This document shows, in pieces, positions 1 to 10,600 of a stretch of DNA of 54,649 bases. This DNA comes from Bacteroidales bacterium (GTDB taxonomy: Bacteria; Bacteroidota; Bacteroidia; Bacteroidales; UBA4181), in NCBI GenBank assembly GCA_031551935.1, contig JAVBMZ010000088.1:1-54649 (forward strand), read 5' to 3'. Positions within the stretch are counted from its first letter, which is position 1, and every line of letters begins with the position of its first letter. Made by a program: the position numbers and the translations under genes. The notes under the pieces were generated by a model, which was not told the origin of the DNA, made no database searches, and saw only the letters and a program-made list of their open reading frames with translations.

Positions 1-1521
1 ATAGCTTTTGGGTGTCGCTAGTAATTGTTCATTTGGGGGATCGGCGTAAATACGTAGGGTATCACCCGGACATGACCTCAGGTTTTGCGTAGGTGGTACA
101 CTCAATTCCTCACGGGCTTCGAAAATAATTTTAGACCACTCACTGTCACAAGAGTATGCGTTAAATTCAGTGCTTTCAGGAGTTTCCTGGTTGTATTTTA
201 CCCAGTATACTTTTCTGTCGCCATCACGCGATGGAGACAAACGGTATGCTGCATATTGTGATGATTGCAACTGAGGTTGCGTCACCGGATTGAAATTTTT
301 GCTGGTTGTTTCGAAAAGGGAAACGGTCGGTCCGGCATCGGTGCCTGCACACCAGGTATAGGTGCCTCCTGCTTTGAGGTAAGGGCCGGTATGCTCCAAC
401 GTAATACTATAACCGGAATTCGAGGTGCCATAACAGAATCTGTGCGTCGAATCTTTAGGCGCCGGTGGAGACGGAACTATCCGGATAATCGCTTCTGTAG
501 TGATAGCAGCGTTCCTATCGGTATGATCCGGATTACAATAGTTCCAATTGTATAAGGTAACATGAAACTCTTTCCCGATATCTGCGTTGGTGGTTATTCC
601 TCCGGGTATTTCAATAAAGCTGGTTTTAGCGCGTGCCACATTTTGAAGTACCGGTGCGACATATTGTGTTTTTGAATTTACTGCCGTACCCATACCTCCA
701 TCGTATCGTGTGTCTCCTATATTTACAGATACACCAGCCACCTTAACGCCCGGAATGTTACTTGAAGTACCTCCATACCCAAACTGAATATGTCGCGTAC
801 CAGCATTTCTATCATTTACTTTATCCAGGGATTCGGGAAGGCAGTTTAGTTGGCTGAAATCTTCGAACTGAATGCGTGCAGGCTGTCCCACGCAAACCGG
901 ATATACCTTGGTCTTGGCGTTGGTTTCTTTTAATAGTAATGGCTGGATGCCACTATAATCATCTGTTTGCCAAAAGTTTGAAAATTTTAATTCGTCCGCG
1001 GGTAGAAAATTATGTCCGTTATAGGAAAGCCATATTTGTGCAGTATAATCGCACTCCAATCTTCCCGCGACATATTCATGTGCAAATCGGCTGTCGGTAT
1101 AGGGGGCTTGATTATTATAAGAATATTTATATACGTTTCCAGTTACTTTTATGTTAGCAATATCTACAGGTATAGTCACCACAGGGCTTCCATCACCCCA
1201 ATTAATATTAAAAGACACGTTTTTATATCCTTCGCTTTTAAAATAATTGATGCCATTGTCACAACCAGTTTTAATTTCCAAAGCTATGGCTCCATGCACA
1301 AATATTTTTTTTCCATTTCCAACACCAAGGTGTAAGCATTTTTCGAAAGGAACTTCTGCCCCTAAAACACCGTCCGTCTGTAGCTCAAGACAATCTTGTC
1401 CTTTCAATGGTTGGCCTAAGGCAAAGCATATTGCTACTAACCACAGTAGCACTTTCCATAAACGTACGTATTTGGCTGTTTGTTTGGAAAAGATTCGTAT
1501 CCTATTGTTCAATAATAACAT
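1..1521 (-). CDS. N-terminal 507 codons of a second giant cell-surface protein, a paralog of the adjacent 1624..11397 gene; the C-terminal part runs off the left window edge
   Basis: Absent from the ORF track because there is no stop in the window. Manual minus-strand translation from the ATG at 1521..1519 gives MLLLNNRIRIFSKQTAKYVRLWKVLLWLVAICFALGQPLKGQDC... and stays open to position 1. It aligns with the giant protein N-terminus: LLLKETNAKTKVYPVCVGQPARIQFEDFSQLNC vs LILKESNAKTHIYPVCVGQEATIRFTDFSRLNC; IGKEFHVTLYNWNYCN vs IGKEFYVTMYNWNQCN; KVYWVKYNQET vs KIYWVKYVQTNQET. An in-frame TGA lies 7 codons upstream of the ATG. Confidence 0.85.
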   Translation of the reverse strand, partial: MLLLNNRIRIFSKQTAKYVRLWKVLLWLVAICFALGQPLKGQDCLELQTDGVLGAEVPFEKCLHLGVGNGKKIFVHGAIALEIKTGCDNGINYFKSEGYKNVSFNINWGDGSPVVTIPVDIANIKVTGNVYKYSYNNQAPYTDSRFAHEYVAGRLECDYTAQIWLSYNGHNFLPADELKFSNFWQTDDYSGIQPLLLKETNAKTKVYPVCVGQPARIQFEDFSQLNCLPESLDKVNDRNAGTRHIQFGYGGTSSNIPGVKVAGVSVNIGDTRYDGGMGTAVNSKTQYVAPVLQNVARAKTSFIEIPGGITTNADIGKEFHVTLYNWNYCNPDHTDRNAAITTEAIIRIVPSPPAPKDSTHRFCYGTSNSGYSITLEHTGPYLKAGGTYTWCAGTDAGPTVSLFETTSKNFNPVTQPQLQSSQYAAYRLSPSRDGDRKVYWVKYNQETPESTEFNAYSCDSEWSKIIFEAREELSVPPTQNLRSCPGDTLRIYADPPNEQLLATPKSY

Positions 1522-1584
1522 AACAAGTATTCTATTTTCTCATATACGGCCGCAAACGACTCAGTAAGTGTAACCCCTATTATT

Positions 1585-1620
1585 CATATACGAAATATTG
1601 GTGCAAAAAGTTTCAACAAA
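1585..1620 (-). promoter_or_regulatory. Conserved 36-nt upstream box, copy A, in front of the partial paralog
   Basis: CATATACGAAATATTGGTGCAAAAAGTTTCAACAAA (plus strand) matches 30 of 36 positions of 11452..11486. It lies about 60 nt upstream of the ATG at 1521 and 4 nt downstream of the giant gene stop. Confidence 0.4.
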
Positions 1621-1623
1621 CTC

Positions 1624-4600
1624 TTACCGCAACAACAGTAAATCCCCCATTTTCGAGAAGGATTGGCCGGTTTCGAACACACCTTCTATCTTATAAATAT
1701 ATATTCCCTCGTCGCACAAACGTCCATTATGGTAACCATTCCATCCCTTGGTCGGATCCTTGGTCTCAAAGATCATTTGTCCCCAACGGTTGAAAATCGT
1801 CAAGGAATATTTCCGTACTGGACTCAATACCGGCGGATAGAACAAATTATTCTGGTACCCGGAAGGATGGATGTCGTTACTTGGTACCCCATCGATTGAA
1901 GGTTTAAAGGCATTCGGAAGTACGATATCTTCCGTATCATTCACTTGTAAGGTCTTGGTAAGACTTACACTGGCGACACATTGCGGATTCGTATAAGTAC
2001 CGGCAGTCAGGGTAATCGTGAAATCCCCCGCTTTTTGGTACACATGCAACGGGTTCGCCAGCGTATCCGTTGGGGAATTGTCTCCCCAATCCCACCGATA
2101 CCAAACCGGATAGCTTTGTCCCGTGCTGGTAGCATGATTGGTATAATTGAACGCACGCACGGACTGTCCTACCGACATAGATTCCGGTTTTACTTCGAAA
2201 ACTATTTGTGGAGTGGGATTTACCACCACCGTGTGTTCAATGCTGTCTGCTTGTCCGTTGCTATTCCTTACAATCAGTTTTACCACATATGTCCCGGCAT
2301 CCCAATAGGTATGTTCCGGATTTGTAGCGTAAGAAGCATATGATCCATCGCCGAATTTCCATTCATAATAATCGGCATAGGAAGGGGCTTGCGGGATGAA
2401 TTGCACTTTATACGGCGCACAACCAGGCGCTACCGGTTCAAAACCCGCAACAGGTGCAGGCGCTATGATGGTAACGGTTACCTTCAAACTATCGGGGCAT
2501 AAACCGGCATTGTTGGTAATCTTCTGCTGAAAATCAAACTTACCCCATGTGTCGATCATATATGGCGAAGGATGAGCATCGTGGGAAATAACGTTGCCAC
2601 GGGTGTACGATCCGTACGGTGCCACACTCCAGGTATATTGGAGAGGACTGTCCGATATCAAATGATTCATCGCAATAGGTGCTCTGCCAATATAATCCTG
2701 GGTTAACGGGCTAAGAGTGAATTGTGCTTTGGGGGTACCATATACTTTTACTGTTCGGGTCATGGTGTCGGTACAACCGCCTACGCCTCCTGTACTGACG
2801 ATCAAAGTAACTTTATAATTGGCATCAACAGACATGCTGGGATTGTTAAAGGTATGCCGGGTATTTTTATCCAAGGATGTCGTTCCGTCACCAAACCACC
2901 ATTCACTATCCATATATCCTTCGGAACCATTGGTGAAATCAATTCTTAATGGGGAACATCCGGCATCTTTATTCATGATAAAATTGGCTTTGATATATGG
3001 TGCAACAATGATGTCGGTACTGTGTGTTGCAATGCAACCCCATTCGTTCGTCGCTGTCAATGTAGGCTGTTTCCTGATGCTTTGTCCCGAAAGGTTGGGG
3101 TATTCATGAGGTATCAGCACATCACCGGAAACATCGACAAACGTATCGTCAAAATTGTAGGCATATGAAATGTCGGAAGCAAGGTTATTGGAGGTATTGT
3201 TGAAAATAACCACCAAAGGTTGGCATCCTTGGGAAACATCTACTGAAAAATCCGCATTAGGTTTCGGGTAAATATGCACTGCATGGGATACAGAATCGCT
3301 ACACCAACGGTTAGAGGTCACCAGCCGCACGTCATATTTGAGCTCAGAAATAGTATTGTTGTTAAACAGGTGATTGGTTGTCTTTTTGTCAATGTCATCT
3401 GGTTCGCCGTCGCCATAACGCCACCGGTATCCGGTAGCCCCAATGGTTGTGGAAACAAATTGTATGTTCACAGGTGCGCATCCGACTGTATCTGCCACAA
3501 ATTCGGCGATCACCTGAGGCCCTACTGATAAAAATTGATCCGTACTCTTGACACAACCAAATGAATTGGTGGCTGTCAGGAAAATATGTTTGGTGGATAA
3601 CTGGGTAGTACTGTTGGTATACCGGTAAGTAATCGAGTCCAGGGTATTTACCGGATAAAGAGCGGATCCGTCTCCAAAGTCCCACACGTAAGTTACCAGA
3701 TCGGTATTTACGGATTTGTTGGTAAATATTACCGGCGTTGGCGGGCAAACACGGCTATTAGGAGACATGAAATTATGTTCAAAATCCACATCCGGAGCAG
3801 GATATATCGTCAAGTTGGCTTCGGTCATCTCACTATGGCAACCGCTGGTACCAATAGCTACTGCATAATATTTGAATGGTACATAATTGACACCATTAAA
3901 TGTACTCGAACCGGCCTGGAATATGTCGTAACCTATCCCGTCACCTAAACGGTTTTGCTTGCCTGCATCCTCATACCAGGCAATGTACGAATATTGACCT
4001 TGGGGAATGGCCTGTGCTTCCAAATGATATATATGTTGTTCTTTATAACAATACGCGACATCTTGAATCACTGGTCGTTCGGGCACTTGTTTGATAAGCA
4101 TCTGGGCTACGGAAACAGGACTGGTACATCCGGTAATCTGATTTATTTGGTATACCTGATACATGATGGTGGTATCTGTTGTAAAATGACTGTTTGGCAA
4201 TGCGTTGGGGTGTATACTTGCCAGGTTCATTGACAAAGAAACAGAATCCGTGCTATTGTTGATGTTCTGGTAAATATAAGGAGCGGTGGTTCCTTCTATG
4301 CGTTGCCAATGTACCTGGTGAGTGATCCCTCCGGATATATCCATTTTCATGAATTTATCCGAGGTACAATAAGCTTTGTCTTCGAAATTAAGCGCTTGCG
4401 GCGTAGGATTAACCAGGATACGGATGGTGTCAAAATCGCCTTGGCACGAGCCATCCAAAATAGCGCGGAGGTACATAGAAACAACAGTTGGTGTGGTATA
4501 GGTGAGATTAATCACCGGATGCAAACTATTCCTGTCGCTACTGATAGATCCGCCATTCCATTCGTAGGTCACATTAGACGAGTGTCCCCTGACGAGCTTT

Positions 4601-7600
4601 GCGTTTAATACAAGGGCTTGTCCTGAACAAATCACCGTGTCGGGGCCTGCATCTACAATAGGCTTAGGCATTACAGCAATATGTTTGAAAACCTTCTCAC
4701 CGGTACACCCGAAAACATTCTGTTCCACAAGTGTTAAATCGGCCTCCCAGACACGATCAAAACCAGCGTCGAATTGGAGTCTCACCCTTCCGCCGGTATT
4801 AGCTCCATTCATAAAGACTGGCTGAATTCCTGTGCTGGGGTTAGGGTGTTCTATTCCCCAGGTATACTTGGAGTCTGCCTTGTAAGAATCCACATCATAT
4901 GCTTTGATACCATCGGCAGGGATACAATTATCTCCAAAAGCTGAAATGGCGGTTTGAGGAATGGGGTTCACCGTGAGCAGGATGTTCTTACTCTCTCCGG
5001 GACAATTATTCAATTCCGGCGTTACCCGGATGACGATCGATTGTGGCATATTTCCCCAAATGGTATCTGGGGTAAATGTAGGCAAGTAACCTCTAACGGG
5101 GCCAAACGGAGGGCCAGGAATACCAGATTCCGGGAACCATTGACTGGGAGAAGTAATTTCCCAACTAAAATAATCCGGATTGGTATCGGCATCGGCAGGT
5201 AATGGCTCAATGGTCGGTAGTAATCGGAATTCATCGGGAGTAATTTCTGTGCCACTACAGGATGCTATATGAGCAATATCGTACATTTGTGGCACAGGGT
5301 GTACGGTAAGTTGGAAAGACATGGTGTCGCCCACACAACCGTTTAAGGTAGCATATACCCTATATTCATTGCTTACTTCTTTCAATTTGTTTTCCGATGG
5401 GTTCTTCGCCTCAAAGAATGGAATATGGGTGGTCACATGATTGGAAGATGTGGTACCAGATGCTGCTCCTCCGATATTCAATAATTGGGATGGCCTTTCC
5501 CAATGATAGGTAATCGTACCTAATCCGTTCAAGATGGGGTTACTTTTGAAATCAGGTAACGTTACGTTACTACCGTCACAATAAGCCAATCGGGGCGTTC
5601 CTTCAAAAAACACATCCGGAGTAGGGTTAAGTACAACCTTTATTTTTTTATCGGGTGCCGTACAAGCATATTGGGTATTGGATGTCTTTAAGGTGTAATA
5701 CCGCTCTATGGGCGATCCGGTATGGTTGGGTACCGCCCAAAAACTTGGGGGAGTTCCGGTTCCGGATGATGGATAATTGTCTGATTTTACAGGATCTATG
5801 ATATCGCTGACCCCATCGAATGTCCAATAAATGGGATCTGAAGTCGAATTAGAGATGCCGCTCAACAATACCCATTTACCGGGGCACACGGCAACAGAGG
5901 CCGGCGCTGTGATGCTTGGAGCTTGTTGGACGGTAATTTGGTAGCTGGCGGAAGAAGTACATCCCAGTCCGTTATATGTTGCCGCAGCAGTTACATTAAT
6001 ACGGGCAGTTGGCGCCGGATTGGCATGATATACCGCTGTGAAGCCGGGTATGCTATCGCCATATCCATATCCACTGGATATGCTGGAGTTGGAAAATATA
6101 TTCAAATTACTACCCATGATGGTATTCCATGCATAGGTCACTTGCACTTGTGGATCTGTCAGTTGGGTAGTCAATGGCACTTTTGGAACCCGCACGCCTG
6201 CACAAATCGTCTGATCATTCGGTATATTTTTCAATTGCGGCCTGGGATTGATTGTTAAGGTAGTTGTTTGTTCTGGGCCGACACAATAAGCAGTAGCACC
6301 TTCTTTGACATACGGATAACTTGCCCTGACACGGATATTTCCTTGGATAAAGGTCGTATTAGCACTGTTCGTGGCAATAAAGGATGGGATGTTTCCTTGA
6401 ATTACATTGCTCGCATCTGAAAATCCGATAACACTTCCCGACGCCGATAAACCGGTTGCCGTCTCATCGTTGTTCCATACAAAACTATAGTTAGAAACGC
6501 CTGAGACTTGTCGCGATCTGAATGTGATGTTCACTTGGTCTCCGGGGCAAGCCACTTGAGGGGTTAATTCTATGATCGGACGGGCTTTGATGATCAATTT
6601 AGCGGTTGCAGTCCCGACACACCCGTTAGCAGATCCTTCAACCACCATATTCAATTCCTTATCGTTCAAGGTGAGGTTATCTAACATAAACCGGGTGGCA
6701 TCGGGGTTAAATATGGTGTTTTCAAAATTACCTGTGCCGTCTTTTTCCATGTGATTTGAAGCGTCATATACAGCCCATGTGTACGTGACACTGGCAGGAA
6801 GCGCAACATTATTCGATACGAAAAATCTCGGGGCAAAGGTCACACTGCCATCGTCTTCCGGACACGCCGTTTGATTATTGATGCTAAAGTTAGGCCGTTG
6901 ATTCACGCTGATTTTAAAAGTTTTGTCCGGAGAAGTACATCCGTTAGCCGTACCTGATACCCGGATGGTTTCAGAGATGGAAGCGGACGTATTATCTATT
7001 GTGGTAAAGGCATCTAAAGCGACTGATAAATCAGATCCGGTGGCGGTTTTGCTTCCTTGAAGCAGTGGAGCACTGGTATAGGAACCCGATTGATGGCCCC
7101 AGATAAATTCTGTTTTTTTCACTGTACTTGAGAACACAATGGTACCAGCCGGTACAGGCGTGTTGGGACAATAACCCATATCTGCCGGCACTGTAATGTT
7201 AGGAATGGGATTGACTTGTACCATCAATCGTAGTATATCGCTTACACAACCATTAACATTAGCCGATATTTTGAACAAACCTGTGATAGAATCGTTACCG
7301 ACATTAGTAGTCGGCAAAGAGTATGTAAAAGGATTATTATTAATTATTTGTGGACTAACGGCAGAGGTAATGGCCGGATTCCCTGTATTCTCCCATTGAT
7401 AATTTACCGGATAATCCCCGGCAATATTTTTTGCCAGTTTAAAAACAACAGGAGTTCCTGCACAAACAGTGCTATCAGGACGACTCATTTGTGGTTTGGG
7501 TTTGACTGTCAAGGTGAAAGATACCGAATCACTGATACAACCGTTGTTTTTAGCCACCACACCTATACGGTATGCATCTTTATTCACACCATCAGCATTG

Positions 7601-10600
7601 GTAAACACTTTATTAGTGTAATTTCCTGTTCCTGTATTCAATGCACCGGTAGGCAAACGTTTTTCAGACCATCCGAATGTCACACCTGCTGTTGTTGAGG
7701 TAAAAGGAGCAATATTGGATGAAGCGCCCGAACATATCTCCTGGTTAGCTACTGGGTTGACTACCGGAGATTCTATAAAGGTCAGGATCACCTCATCCGA
7801 TTGGCTGGGCAAACCGCATGGGGTACTGAGTGTCCATCTGAATTTATATTCTCCGTAAGTTACCACTTGCACCCTTGTTTGATGGCTATGCACATCGGTA
7901 AAGGAAACAGGTTGTGCCCCCGGCGGACTACTAGTCAATATCCATTTTCCTTCCTCACCGGCCGAGGCTACATTGCCCTTCAATATGGCTGTTGTCCCAC
8001 AAATGCGCTGATCCTTATCTCCTATGATCGATGCTGTACCTGGCAATGAACCGAATGTTAATTTTACCGTATCCCTAGAAGGCGGGCATACCGATCCGTT
8101 GGATAAAGACCATTCCAACAGATATATGCCTGCACAACCCGAGGTAAAAACAGCATTAGGATCGGCAAGGTTACTAAATGATGTGCCGGCACATGTTGGC
8201 CCGGAAATGGTTCGCCATGCACCGTTGTGACCCGAAGGCGAATTGGCAACTAACGAGATCGTTTTTGTTGTTGGTGTCCAGCATACTCCATCATCCGCTC
8301 CTGCATTGGCCGCCGTAGGCTTGGCTACAGTAGTAATGGTATATACATTCGATAATGAAGTGGTACATTCTATCAGTATGGTACCTCCGGTATCTTTAGT
8401 AATTTCCGTAACACTCGTCAAAGTGATATAAGTTTGCGCTCCATCTGCCTGATTGATGATGGTTTTATCGATAATCAGTTGATGATTGCCCGTGCCACGG
8501 AATCTTTGCGGAGGTTGGGAGCCTGCCATATAACTGCTTGTATACGTTACCAAGAATTCAGTAGCATTATTATACCCTGCACCTGATATGGTGATGGGTA
8601 TGGTCGCATTGGCAGCCTCGCAATTAGGAACATTTGCTGCAATAGTGACATTCGGTGATTGCATCACTTCAATTTGGATCGTTGCATTGTTCAGGGAACT
8701 ATTGCTGCATTGTCCCTGAGATACAGAGTCAAGCGTGAAGGTATAAGTACCTGCTGTCGGGAAAGATAAGTTGCCGCCATATGGCGTATGATTGGCCACT
8801 TTGCCTGAACCATTACCAGGCACCAGCGATTGATAAGGAGAAGTGTATGAAGAACCAGGAGTATTTTTTAGAAAATATTTCCAATCCTTATTAGGAGTTC
8901 CGGTAAAATTAACCAATATATCCCCTTGAGCGCCCACACAAAGGAACAATTCGGCGGGGTGTATGATGGCCGTGGGTTTGGGCAATACCTGGATGGGTTT
9001 ATTCAAGGTATTGGAAGGACAATAATTGGTTGATGCACTGCCATTGATCACTGTAGGCGTTGTGTATTGCCATTGTACGGATACATTCCTCACCCCGTTG
9101 GTAATACGGTCGACAGCCGAACCGACTTGAAAAGTTGCCGGTGTTGAGGTGGAAGGCTGTACAGGATTGCTGTCAAATGTCCATTTAAACTGTGTAGTAC
9201 GGGTTGTCGTATTGCTACCGCCATCTGTGATGGTTTTGGTATCTGCAGATGCCCCGGCCATGGTATATGGCACACTACTTCCTTCGCACACTTCATCCTT
9301 GCCGCTGATAGCTGCCGGAGTTGTTAAAGTAAGCCTAGGCCTGGTCACCACTTGCACACTGGATGTCAATCCATCATTCACACACCCCGTAACCATATCC
9401 ATTAGCGTGAGAACACGGATCTCGTGAATACCGCCGGAGGCTAATGGGTCCAATCCACTATACGGAATAGACGTTAAACGTTCCTGAGGATTTGTTGAGG
9501 GAACGGTAAACGTACTAGCAGTGGCTTGTCCGGTTAGTTGTATTTTAAAACTTCTGTCAGCCACCAAACTTCCGCCAAAATTCTTGACAATGATAGTAGC
9601 CGACTCTCCTTCGCAGAGATCATTGATACCCGAAATGTTTACGGTTGGAAGCGCATGTACGGTGATGATTTTCATTGCGTTAGGTGGTGTGCAGATGTCT
9701 GGGTATTCTCTCCAACGTTTGGTGACAGTGGCTGTAAGCGCCCCCGTCGCGGTTAATTTCACCTTTACCTGGGTACTGTCGGCATTGGCATCCACAAATA
9801 TAACGCCTGACCCAAACGTCCACCGGTACTGAACATGAAAACGGGTAGGATCAGCCACGCTTTGTTGTAAAGTGCCTCCGGCACCCATTGCGTATAAGGT
9901 GATTGTTTCACCGATACATGCTTGTAAGAACTCCGCAGGCGGCGGAGTTAACTGGTCGAGGTTGAAAAAAACTATCTTGGCATAAGGACTTTCACAGTTA
10001 TATTCATTAAATACATTGGTCTCCTGGTTGGTTTGAACATACTTTACCCAATAGATTTTTTTCGCAGCAACCGACGGGTACAGCCGAGCTTCATCAATAT
10101 ACTTTATAAACTGCGCATCGGTGGGGTTGAAATTTTGAGTAGTCGTCGAAAAAATAACCCCTTTAACTTCATCCGGCTGTGTTCCTGTACCATCATCCAG
10201 ATACCATTCATATTTACCATTGGTAAGGGGCGCTGAATGAGTCAATGTAATATTATAGGCTGCAGGTTCGCTGCCAACGCAGACTATTTTTTCCTGCTCT
10301 TCAGGCTTCTCAGGTGCAGGTACAATACGCACAATCGCTTCAGTTTTTATGGCTATAGCTCTGTTGCCGGGATCCAGATTACATTGGTTCCAGTTGTACA
10401 TGGTTACGTAAAATTCTTTTCCTATATCTGCTACTGTAGTATTACCGGGTACAAAAATCTGACTGGTCGAAATACCAGTGCTTGGATAATCATCATTGGA
10501 ATTTAAGATAATTTTTGCTTTGTCTCCGTCGTTTTGCTTGGTGCCACCGTCGTAGAAGGTGCTGGTAAAAGGAAGACCGTTAATCTTGATTCCATCAATA

